A DNA stretch of 24,798 nt from a virus. The notes under the pieces are model-generated. The model did not search any database and had not been told where the DNA came from. It saw nothing but the letters and a program-made list of their open reading frames with translations. The position numbers were made by a program, and so were the translations under genes. The stretch lies in the IMG/VR virus record IMGVR_UViG_3300044580_000147, positions 1 to 24,798 of that record, one strand, 5' to 3'. Shown here in pieces: positions 17,301-24,764 of the stretch. The first letter of the stretch is position 1. Each line of letters begins with the position of its first letter.

Positions 17301-17446
17301 ACTTTGGAGATGTGAAAGTGGCTGAAGGAAGCGACCCCGTGAAGGTGGGTGAAGGATTAGCCGAAGGAGCATATAACTCATTCTCAGAACGCATAAGCAG
17401 ACAAGCAGCCCGAAGAGGCACCATAATCCCAAACATACTGAGGTAA
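14396..17446 (+). CDS. Tape measure protein (1016 aa)
   Basis: Longest ORF, Ala/Gly/Ser-rich and helical; NPIGLVVVAVAALVAGLYLLY signature; HSPAKTGPL; follows the chaperone. GGAG at 14383-14386 supports ATG 14396. Confidence 0.92.
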   Translation: MAYKNLGIIVSGDISDISGKLDTLAAQIVSLEDRAIEITIEANTAGLGEVSSASENAANELASVSESAENISGDISNIDSSSLNEAASHANAMGGSFNQARENADQMGKEVKSASDEALNGLQALAGAAAAIGGYLVLDNLTSAAGTYEDSWTRMTVALGGTVDSVGMIKDSWSGAIGEMSSATGRGAGTIREFITQMSIAGVDSEEVISSAFEGIAGAAYVTGNDINSMTYALQRAVRTGLLNQRTLTALGISTQDIMNITGKSIEEVSKEFEGMDATSRAAFLGMLYNAKYGTDANEAFKQSWQGVSEALGRAKGYLSIVIGQLLLPLVVPAMKSLTDYLKGLSQRITSLDPVTRGFLGVMLLLGGAFITIGGVIGSLVALYKALQIRTLLVTAAKWLEIDATNKSSLALIKEIAVETVRQAKQTASILIMNAAVFARQIYNAELWKTIAGYVREAVVQAASTAKWILGSAAIVAGVVARKLYNAELWTTIGAYAKELIAITAYVVATTAQRAATLAATAAQWLLNAAMTANPIGLVVVAVAALVAGLYLLYQNNEQVRASFNNLWNSLVGFVGYIQSAFVDALVNMQSPFIQLADEIIGFGEDLYDAGRDWISNLIKGMQDSIPTIDSVLQTIADYFPHSPAKTGPLSEVTPEKMNSYGYELGTELGEGTKEGAEASVSDSEFWNLFWNILNGRPADTDLYRRQQEQTQQDELVEAEQKRQEAVKKTFDELDNLDSKTKATFASMTDSSMTNAEKISYNMQVAAHNIGANFELAAERAEAAMSRMSSMASAMGIDLPKTTYSPGELLSQRNETLRALRAQRNAITQAGPSAYGSTREYKNALKDIDNQIKQYSSNAYLQSIMNSGSSIGQSWTAGISSGITSNTDEINAAIAQASQGLIAHSPPVSGPLHEVDQYGLSIGETFADYLSRGLSSVKELFNFDMNASSLPTPPSSQLNPTAMGGFNFYFGDVKVAEGSDPVKVGEGLAEGAYNSFSERISRQAARRGTIIPNILR

Positions 17447-17452
17447 AAGACT

Positions 17453-18286
17453 ATGGCATATAGGAAATGGACAATAGGCGGACTAACACCCTCATGGGTA
17501 GAACCAGACTTCATCGACGACCGGGAAAACAATACCCTCACCCTGAAATGCATGGCGGGGTATGATGAAACCGGTGCCGATCCCATGGTAGAAGTGGAAG
17601 CATTCGACGCATTAACCTCCGAGAAAATCAACAACGACTCCCTCCTAAATGGTGGAACCAAGTTACAGGTCAGGGGTCAGATTGTCACGGTCACGGCGAC
17701 TAATGAGGAAGGTACGGAAACAAAGACATGGGAACGGTGTGCGATCCGGAAAGTCAAAGTGAACCTGGACAGTTACTATAATGAAGACAATGTTGGGAGT
17801 ATAATCGAATACGAACTAGTAATCACGTATCAGACTCAAGGAGGCCCCGGGGGAACCGTTTACTACCCTAACTATGATGAGCATGATAATTTTGAATATT
17901 ACATGTGGACTGATAAAACCAACCCAGTCGGACAGCATGATGCTTATGGGAACGAGTTTGGATACATTAAAATCGTTGAACCACAAAACGTGGCCCGGGT
18001 TGAAATTCGAGGTAGTGGGGATTGTGGTGAAACAGGTACGGACTGTTGGGTGGAAGTCAACGGTGTTAGGAAGTTCTGGCATTACACTGATATAGGAGAT
18101 AAAAAACTCTTTGAAGGGAATAACCTTGCCGTTGGGGAGGAAACATTATCCTGGGACCTTGACACACCGACAACTGAGATTATAATCGAAACCAGCATCC
18201 ATACTGAAGATGCTGTTGCTCATCCCTGTGATGTGAATAAGGGATGTTGGGCACGGTGGATCCGTGTCTTCTATGCATCAGAATAA
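17453..18286 (+). CDS. Distal tail (Dit-like) protein with a C-terminal beta domain
   Basis: First gene after the tape measure; beta-strand pattern (TLTLKC, WERCAIRKVKV, IIEYELVITY). Assignment is mainly by synteny. Confidence 0.5.
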   Translation: MAYRKWTIGGLTPSWVEPDFIDDRENNTLTLKCMAGYDETGADPMVEVEAFDALTSEKINNDSLLNGGTKLQVRGQIVTVTATNEEGTETKTWERCAIRKVKVNLDSYYNEDNVGSIIEYELVITYQTQGGPGGTVYYPNYDEHDNFEYYMWTDKTNPVGQHDAYGNEFGYIKIVEPQNVARVEIRGSGDCGETGTDCWVEVNGVRKFWHYTDIGDKKLFEGNNLAVGEETLSWDLDTPTTEIIIETSIHTEDAVAHPCDVNKGCWARWIRVFYASE

Positions 18287-18325
18287 ATTACTTATTTTTT
18301 TCTTAAACAACGGAGGTTTTATTTT

Positions 18326-18724
18326 ATGGCAGGAAGTGCATCAGACTACCTAGAAAACCTATTACTAAATCAAGTGGTGGGTAAAAGCCCATCAGCAAGC
18401 AGATACATTGCATTATTAACCGCAGCCCCCGACGATTCAGACACTGGGAGTACAATAGTTGAACCCGTGGCAATGAACTACGCCCGGATAACCACCACCG
18501 CAGCCTCATGGAACACTGCCAGTGGAGGAAGTACAAGTAACGCTGCAATCCTCACAAGTAATGTTGCCAGTGGAGATTGGGGAGAAATAACCCATTGGGC
18601 TGTATGCACTGCTGCAACCGCAGGTGAGGTGTTGGTCTGGGGTGAAGTAACCGTCCCTAAAACAGTGTTGAATGGTGATAGTTTCAGTTTCGGAGCCGGG
18701 GCACTAATAATAATAATGGATTAA
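18326..18724 (+). CDS. Small tail fibre/tail-tip structural protein (132 aa)
   Basis: MAGSASDYLENLLL...YIALLTAAP.D......YAR......TSNAA.....WGEITHWAV..AATAG....G.....V..GDSFSF.AGAL.I..D is a widespread phage tail protein pattern; RBS GGAGGT. Confidence 0.75.
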   Translation: MAGSASDYLENLLLNQVVGKSPSASRYIALLTAAPDDSDTGSTIVEPVAMNYARITTTAASWNTASGGSTSNAAILTSNVASGDWGEITHWAVCTAATAGEVLVWGEVTVPKTVLNGDSFSFGAGALIIIMD

Positions 18725-18751
18725 ACACTTATTAAGGAGTATTAACCTAAA

Positions 18752-20356
18752 ATGACTGACCATGAAACCGGAGGCACCAGCACCATAACCCTCGCCCCAT
18801 TAACCATCGATGCGGGGATACGGCACGGGGGAAGTGGAACGTGTGAGATGCAAATCATTTGTAACGCTGCATTCATGGAAGGATTATCAACAATAACCAC
18901 TACCACCAGTGCCACCGCCTCCATTTTCCCCCCGGTTAATATTAAAAACAGTGACGGAGTGGGGATTGATGGAGTACAGTTTGAAAGCATTTACTCTGGT
19001 AATAAAACCAGTCCACAAATCATAACAGTGATAAACAACAATGATACCACACTTAATTTAACTTTAACCCCTAAAGAGGCATATAATCAGTTGGGGAGTG
19101 CAATAGACACGTACCAATCAACCTACCTCAGCCTAGATGGGAACAGTTACACACACTCACTATCCCTTGAAATACCGGCTAACGATTCACTCGACTTCTA
19201 CATGTATTATTCCCCCCCATCCACATCGAAAATAGGAGAAAAAGAATGGGAGGTAAGCCACCGAAGCGAAGAACTAGGAAATGCTTTATTACCTTCTAAC
19301 TATTTTTATGCAATGCCAATCATAATAACCGGTCACGATGTGGTTGAAGAAGATAAATATGTCCGTATAAAACTTGAATACACACCAACATTAATGTCCC
19401 CCGACTTCAAAGACATACATTTCATCATGAGTGATGGAACACTCCTAGAAGGGTTTAAAAACAGTATCATTGGGGATGTTGCCTATTATTCGATCAAACT
19501 CCCAGAAACACCCGGGGATGGGGAAACACTCACAATATACGCCCTCACAGGAAACAACTTAGCCCCACTATTCTACCAAGAATTTCAGGACAGCACCAAC
19601 ATGATAGAACTACCCCTACCTCCAGACCTGGATACATGGACTATGAACCCTGCCTTATTCTCAGAATGGATGAGTGCAATAGCCCCTACCACTGCCCGTA
19701 TAATGACAGAAGGAGAAGGGTATGGGATAGTAATACATGAAGGAGGGTTCTACAAAGGAGGAACAATCCTATCCACCGAACAATTCCAAATCCCTTTCAA
19801 AATGACCGGAACAATAGACTACCACGCCAGCGTAGGAGGCTTAATCTTTGGATACATCGACAATAACAATTACTACCATTTACGTCATGAAAACGGGAGT
19901 GGAATGACTAACCAACTCAAATTATACAAAAAAAAGAATGGGACATCAACCTTACTAACAACCGTACCAAGTGAAAACTGGGGAGGCCCTGGAGGCCCAT
20001 CATTCTACCGTTACCCCTTCACCCTTGAAGTAAACGAGTACAATATCCGGATGACCTATAATAATACCTTGCAAATTGATTATGACCATGAACTTGAATT
20101 TTTCGGGTCAGGTTTCGGAGCTTATGGGGTTGCATTTAATGAAGTTGGTTGGGCAGCCCACCATCGTTTAGGGAACGATTTAGAAGTGTTGTGTCCTGAT
20201 AGTGATTATTGTAGTGCTACGATTGAATTAGGAGATTGGTCATTCTATTTAATCCTAAACTGCCAAGCAGGGATACTCTACAAATCACAGGAAATAGAAG
20301 GAATAGAACCAGAAATACGCCACGGATGCAGAATAGGAGGCGTGTACTATGAATGA
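18752..20356 (+). CDS. Tail adhesin with a DUF2341-like domain and a ConA/LamG-like lectin region
   Basis: PDFKDIHFIMSDGTLL....IKLPE......TIYALTGN (DUF2341-like, ~19301-19500); GLIFGYIDNNNYY...NQLKLYKKKNG (ConA-like). Confidence 0.6.
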   Translation: MTDHETGGTSTITLAPLTIDAGIRHGGSGTCEMQIICNAAFMEGLSTITTTTSATASIFPPVNIKNSDGVGIDGVQFESIYSGNKTSPQIITVINNNDTTLNLTLTPKEAYNQLGSAIDTYQSTYLSLDGNSYTHSLSLEIPANDSLDFYMYYSPPSTSKIGEKEWEVSHRSEELGNALLPSNYFYAMPIIITGHDVVEEDKYVRIKLEYTPTLMSPDFKDIHFIMSDGTLLEGFKNSIIGDVAYYSIKLPETPGDGETLTIYALTGNNLAPLFYQEFQDSTNMIELPLPPDLDTWTMNPALFSEWMSAIAPTTARIMTEGEGYGIVIHEGGFYKGGTILSTEQFQIPFKMTGTIDYHASVGGLIFGYIDNNNYYHLRHENGSGMTNQLKLYKKKNGTSTLLTTVPSENWGGPGGPSFYRYPFTLEVNEYNIRMTYNNTLQIDYDHELEFFGSGFGAYGVAFNEVGWAAHHRLGNDLEVLCPDSDYCSATIELGDWSFYLILNCQAGILYKSQEIEGIEPEIRHGCRIGGVYYE

Positions 20357-21551
20357 CATCTACCGTGCACTGGCAAAGATAACAATACAACACCGCATCA
20401 ACGAAGCCTCAACCAGCTTTAACACACAATTCAACAACCCCCTAGACCCGGACGAATATGACACGGGAGAGTCATTCGAGTACACTATTATAGACAACAC
20501 ATTACCTGAGGGGCATTTAGTCATAGAAGGATTAATAGAAACCGTGGATGTGGATTTGAATGATAATAACAAGATATGGGGACTGAGTGGCCGGGATAAA
20601 GGCTTAGAACTCACCACAACCAAATATAAAGTTGATTCTACCGAAGAAGACCACACCGAACACACCGTCCGGGAATGGCTGGAACTAATCCTCACCGACA
20701 CCACTATCACAATAGGGAGGGGTCAAGCCGCCCTAAGTCAAGTAGTGAAGCTCACCACCGACGGACAAGCAACCAACAAGTTTGTGGGGAATTGGACAAC
20801 CAAAGAAGCCGCAATCAACCAACTATTCTCTCAATACATCCGATTCAGCGGAGCACAACAATTCAAATGGTACGTGGACTTTGCCGGCATGTTCCGATGG
20901 TTTGAAGTGAACAAACGCCTAGCAACACCCCTTCAATTCTTTAACAATGATGATCGGGTCCTGGGTTTCAAGGCAACCAAAAACGCCACCGGAGTATTAA
21001 ACGATTTCACCGGTTACTATGGGGCCGAAGAAGACCAAACATCCGTGCACCTGCAAAACACTGCTAGTATTGCTAAGTATGGTTTAAGGCCCGCCGATCC
21101 AATCACCAAAACCGATTACACCGTGGAAGAGATGACTAACTACTTACAACAACAACTCGACCAAAAATCGGAGGAAATCTACACCGGAACCCTCACCCTC
21201 ACTGGTATGCAAATGATCGAAACCGGAACACAACTACAATTCCCTGACAACCAGAAATATTCTGGTGTGGAATGGACAGTAGTAGACCAAACCTATAACA
21301 TCGAACCGGGCAAAATAACCACCACACTAGGGGTCTCCACCGACAACAGTGTCATAAGCTTACCTAATGATTATGATACCGTCTACGCCATAGCAAAAAA
21401 AGAGGTCGACGATAACAAGGCCGTGACCGCAATAGTCACTAACATCCCCACAGAAGGGGACAGGTGTGATGTGTGGATGGCCGGCCCAGAAGGCAGCGGT
21501 GTAGTGGTGAACATCCGCAACCCTGGCGGCAACTGGAGACACGAAGCATGA
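20349..21551 (+). CDS. Tail-tip hub protein (T4 gp27 / Mu gp44 / Tal-like)
   Basis: 400 aa; VIEGLIETV....WGLSGRDKG.EL, TVREWLELIL, EAAINQL, WYVDFAGMFRWF pattern; position after the Dit-like and fibre genes. Confidence 0.65.
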   Translation: MNDIYRALAKITIQHRINEASTSFNTQFNNPLDPDEYDTGESFEYTIIDNTLPEGHLVIEGLIETVDVDLNDNNKIWGLSGRDKGLELTTTKYKVDSTEEDHTEHTVREWLELILTDTTITIGRGQAALSQVVKLTTDGQATNKFVGNWTTKEAAINQLFSQYIRFSGAQQFKWYVDFAGMFRWFEVNKRLATPLQFFNNDDRVLGFKATKNATGVLNDFTGYYGAEEDQTSVHLQNTASIAKYGLRPADPITKTDYTVEEMTNYLQQQLDQKSEEIYTGTLTLTGMQMIETGTQLQFPDNQKYSGVEWTVVDQTYNIEPGKITTTLGVSTDNSVISLPNDYDTVYAIAKKEVDDNKAVTAIVTNIPTEGDRCDVWMAGPEGSGVVVNIRNPGGNWRHEA

Positions 21552-22384
21552 CTGAGTACGATGAAAGCCTATTCACCAACAACCCTGACGTGGTGGCGGG
21601 TGATCAGTGTATAATCTTCAATTCCCGTGATGGTGAAAAAATCGCCTTGCATAAAGGCTTTAATCTGGGTGTGGGTGACACGATTGTAGTTCACCATACT
21701 AGTGATGGGGATCTCGTGACGCATGGTAATAGCCGTATAGGTCTAGGGGATACTGTGGTGGTGGTTGCTTTGAAGGATGGTGACCTTGCAGCCCTTAATC
21801 CTGGGCTGAATCCTTACCGGGATTGTCCATTGATTGATAAGAGTACTCATGATTACAGTCAACAACACGACCCCGCAGATAACACATACCAATACCACGC
21901 TTACAGCATCCATCTCTCAGACCCTATCGGGTGGGGGGATTATGTTAATGCCCGCTTCGACTTTGAAATCGGATCAGAACAATTATTGGGGTTTCAACCT
22001 TGGTATCCTTATGGTGGTGTTTGGATTGGTCTTGGAGCAAGTAATACTGGGGGGGTAGTTGGCAAGGGGGATTGGTGGTGGCCCCAGGGGAACCCTTACA
22101 TGATTATCCGTGGCCAGCCTGCTGTGATATTAGGTCCACATGGAAACGCAACATTGGTTGGTGAATTGAAAAATGGTGGTAGCACTTGGGTTATTGAAGA
22201 TTTTGTAGGTCACATCTATCCCTATGGCAAGATACCATGGGATATTGAGTATATACATGTCCACATCAGTCAACAGTCGACTCTGTTCTGGTATAACTAT
22301 ACAGATACAAGGATGCCATATAGTCATTTCTGCAAAGGAACAGTACGGTATGGATGGGATGCTCAAATTAATAACTTTGAATAG
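21548..22384 (+). CDS. Tail spike/receptor-binding candidate with three N-terminal ~24-aa repeats (278 aa)
   Basis: ATG 21548 overlaps the hub TGA (ATGA); repeats x(A/V/L)GDxxxV/I....DG(E/D); Trp/Tyr/Gly-rich C-terminal domain. Confidence 0.6.
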   Translation: MTEYDESLFTNNPDVVAGDQCIIFNSRDGEKIALHKGFNLGVGDTIVVHHTSDGDLVTHGNSRIGLGDTVVVVALKDGDLAALNPGLNPYRDCPLIDKSTHDYSQQHDPADNTYQYHAYSIHLSDPIGWGDYVNARFDFEIGSEQLLGFQPWYPYGGVWIGLGASNTGGVVGKGDWWWPQGNPYMIIRGQPAVILGPHGNATLVGELKNGGSTWVIEDFVGHIYPYGKIPWDIEYIHVHISQQSTLFWYNYTDTRMPYSHFCKGTVRYGWDAQINNFE

Positions 22385-22390
22385 AATTTT

Positions 22391-22417
22391 TATCTTTTTT
22401 TGAAATATTTTTTTTTT
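22391..22417 (+). terminator. Oligo-T terminator candidate
   Basis: T7 at 22395-22401 and T10 at 22408-22417 right after the stop. Confidence 0.5.
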
Positions 22418-22449
22418 GATCAAACAAATGTAGTTGGAGGAGACATATA

Positions 22450-22869
22450 ATGGTAAGAACAATACAATACGAAGACCCGAACAAGAATGGAATAGGAAAA
22501 AAAGGTTTAAGAGAATTAAAAGGAGACGAAAACGGCCCCACAGTAGTACCCAGGAATGAGTCTGGTGTGGTACAGTCGGCGGGGACGGCGACAGACCCCA
22601 TGCACACTTTACAGATTGGTAAGGTGTGTATAGCTAGTATAACTGAAACAGACCTCACTGACAACGTTTACACAGTCACAGGAGACCCCGCAACACGGAT
22701 AGAATTAATCAATGATGGAGCAGGGGAATTAACTATAACCGTTTCTGATGGAGCTAACACTAGTTCTAAGGTTCTTAAACCTGACGATGTGTATGATCAG
22801 GACTTCACAGCAATAACCACCATAACCTTCAGTGCAGGTGCTGTTTTCAGAGCGGATATTTTGAGGTGA
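22450..22869 (+). CDS. Hypothetical virion-associated protein (139 aa)
   Basis: GGAGG RBS; Thr/Gly-rich beta-strand C-terminus. Confidence 0.7.
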   Translation: MVRTIQYEDPNKNGIGKKGLRELKGDENGPTVVPRNESGVVQSAGTATDPMHTLQIGKVCIASITETDLTDNVYTVTGDPATRIELINDGAGELTITVSDGANTSSKVLKPDDVYDQDFTAITTITFSAGAVFRADILR

Positions 22870-22875
22870 AAAACA

Positions 22876-23202
22876 ATGATTCCAACCATCAAACAGGATT
22901 TTGAAAACCTTTTAGCCGATAAAATATTCAAAGAAGCAGCCCTAGAACAGTTACAAAACCTTCAGGATTTTGATGACCGAACAGCTACCAGGGCCACTAA
23001 ACCACTAAATCCTGACGATCCTAATTCAGATTTTGAAACTGAGGAAATAGAAAACCCCCTACCTCTCCATAAACAGAAAGGATTTGAGGAATGGATGGAC
23101 GTAGTAAGACTCAATGCGCAGGCCAGGGAAGTAAAGGTCTCTGAACTCACAGAACAATATCCTCCTGAAGAAATAGAAGCCGCAGTGGTAGTGTTAACAT
23201 GA
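22876..23202 (+). CDS. Acidic hypothetical protein, possibly a fibre chaperone or adaptor (108 aa)
   Basis: GAGGTGA RBS; stop overlaps the ATG of the Mtd-like gene. Function inferred from position only. Confidence 0.65.
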   Translation: MIPTIKQDFENLLADKIFKEAALEQLQNLQDFDDRTATRATKPLNPDDPNSDFETEEIENPLPLHKQKGFEEWMDVVRLNAQAREVKVSELTEQYPPEEIEAAVVVLT

Positions 23203-24662
23203 TAGGTAAAGCTCCCCGAACTGATTATATAGAACTCGTTCCAGAAAGAGACAGGCGTTTAATCTACCCTCACGCCACAGATAAGGATAAATTAATCCTA
23301 AAAGGGGCCACCAACGGTCCATTCAAAATAAGAACCAATGAGGGTGTGGTTTGGCTTGATGAAGACATAACTGTGACCAGTGCCGACCTGGACACCGGGG
23401 CCATGGAAGCCGGGAAGGATTACAACCTGTACGCCTGTTATGATGATGGATTCCTGGACATAGCTTACAGCCTAGCATCCACATATCCGGCAGGTTACAC
23501 GGCTGATAACAGTGTCCGGGCTGGTGGATTCCATACTTTATGTGCTAATGTGGGAACAATCTCAGGACATCCCTTATCCGGATACCTGGCAGGGGAAATA
23601 TTACCGGCCAGTGTTTGGGACCTAAGACACCGGGCCCGGAACCTGGACAACAGGGGGATGGTCTATGATGACCTCCTACAACTTTGGATCCAAATATACC
23701 TTGCATCAGATGACGGCAATAACGGAGTACAATCAGTAAATGGTGCCACTATCCTGGACACTGTCGACTGGAACGCTTTTGTTGAAAGGGCCGGTAAAGT
23801 AGGACTGAGAATGCTCACAGATTGGGAATTCCAGATAGCAGCCCGGGGCACCAATGAGGAAACCAACATCGCCGGGTCTGCTGATCCTGTCACCACAGGG
23901 GGCCACATAGACACGGCCAGCCGACGGATGATCAGCAGCATTGGATTAGAAGACGCAACTGGAGTGATGCACCAGTGGCTCAGTGACCAGTCCTACCGGT
24001 TCGATATGGCCGCTGCAAACATTGGATTAACCGCTGCGGGGGCAACTGCGACAGTTTACCATGCCGCCAGTCCTGGGGGGAATCAAGTCTACCTTAAATT
24101 CAGTACAAGTGGAATCCCATACCTATGCAGCAATATGGCGACCGGTTCGGTGGATGTGTGGATCACCCTTGGAAGCAATCAAAAATTCATCATCAAACAC
24201 GATGCCACCGCAAACACTGGAATCCCTGTCTACATGAACAGGGCCGCAACAGAACCAAACAAATTATTAATAAACAACACAGTACACGGTAAAAACGTTT
24301 ACGTGGCAACCAATTACGATGGTGCGGTAGTTGTCCAACTAGTCCATGATGCCAGTGCAGCCACCAACGGTGTTGCTTTGTACTATGATGATGGAACAGA
24401 CAGCCGCTTGGAGGCCACGTTCAGTAACAGTGCAAATAACACATTTGACGGCGCTTATTTCAGTCCTTTATTCAATTATTACAACTTACCGGGGGCAGTT
24501 GGAAGCTTGTACAAACAAGGAGATTATGGGGATGTTAAGCTCCTTGCGGGCGGTCCTTGGCTTTTTGGCTCGCTTGCCGGGTCTCGCTGTCGGTATGCGT
24601 TTTATCTCCGGTCGATTACGAGTTCGTCTATCTCGGCGCGCTTCGCTTGTGAATCCCTATGA
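23199..24662 (+). CDS. Major-tropism-determinant (Mtd)-like receptor-binding protein with an FGE-type C-type lectin domain; putative DGR target
   Basis: AGKDYNLYAC, GGFHTLC, ILPASVWDLRHR, RGMVY, WIQIYLAS; CLec/FGE core LTDWEFQIAARG...G.EDATGVMHQW; C-terminal LLAGGPW....AGSRCR.........ISARFACE parallels the Bordetella BPP-1 Mtd terminus. Confidence 0.85.
   Translation: MIGKAPRTDYIELVPERDRRLIYPHATDKDKLILKGATNGPFKIRTNEGVVWLDEDITVTSADLDTGAMEAGKDYNLYACYDDGFLDIAYSLASTYPAGYTADNSVRAGGFHTLCANVGTISGHPLSGYLAGEILPASVWDLRHRARNLDNRGMVYDDLLQLWIQIYLASDDGNNGVQSVNGATILDTVDWNAFVERAGKVGLRMLTDWEFQIAARGTNEETNIAGSADPVTTGGHIDTASRRMISSIGLEDATGVMHQWLSDQSYRFDMAAANIGLTAAGATATVYHAASPGGNQVYLKFSTSGIPYLCSNMATGSVDVWITLGSNQKFIIKHDATANTGIPVYMNRAATEPNKLLINNTVHGKNVYVATNYDGAVVVQLVHDASAATNGVALYYDDGTDSRLEATFSNSANNTFDGAYFSPLFNYYNLPGAVGSLYKQGDYGDVKLLAGGPWLFGSLAGSRCRYAFYLRSITSSSISARFACESL
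24540..24662 (+). repeat. Putative DGR variable region (VR) with G/C element and IMH-like end; cognate template repeat not in the window
   Basis: No A in 24540-24594 and only 6 A in 24540-24650; ten NNT codons alternate with fixed GC-rich codons; TCGGCGCGCTTCGC followed by TTGTGAATCCCTATGA at the 3' end. Confidence 0.75.
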
Positions 24663-24708
24663 TCTCTTTAAAATAAGAATGAGGGAACAGGTTTTTGTTA
24701 AATTTTAA

Positions 24709-24764
24709 GTTGCAGAGTCGGAAAGTATTGCCTAATTATGTAGTACTCGAAAACCGATTCCAAC
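24709..24764 (+). ncRNA. Candidate structured RNA element downstream of the VR
   Basis: GTTG(24709-12)/CAAC(24761-64), GAGTCGG(24715-21)/CCGATTC(24754-60), AGTATTGC(24724-31)/GTAGTACT(24740-47), 8-nt loop; the three non-Watson-Crick pairs are all G-U on the + strand. Confidence 0.5.

Noticed and set aside
1540-23941. Numerous minus-strand ORFs of 60-150 aa in the track
   Set aside because: All lie antisense to well-supported + strand structural genes and have no motifs; treated as shadow ORFs.
1-24539. A DGR template repeat, RT or avd gene inside the window
   Set aside because: I found no second copy of the invariant VR core (GGGTCTCGCTGTCGG) and no RT-like ORF by eye. These must lie outside the window if they exist.
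24346-24708. 120-aa alternative-frame ORF across the VR
   Set aside because: It overlaps the well-supported Mtd-like frame; openness is expected because the A-poor VR lacks stop codons.
24715-24760. Group II intron domain V or a self-cleaving ribozyme
   Set aside because: Only the basal helix resembles domain V (triad reads AGU, the element is longer, and no other intron domains or intron ORF are seen); no hammerhead CUGANGA core. Kept only as an unnamed structured element.
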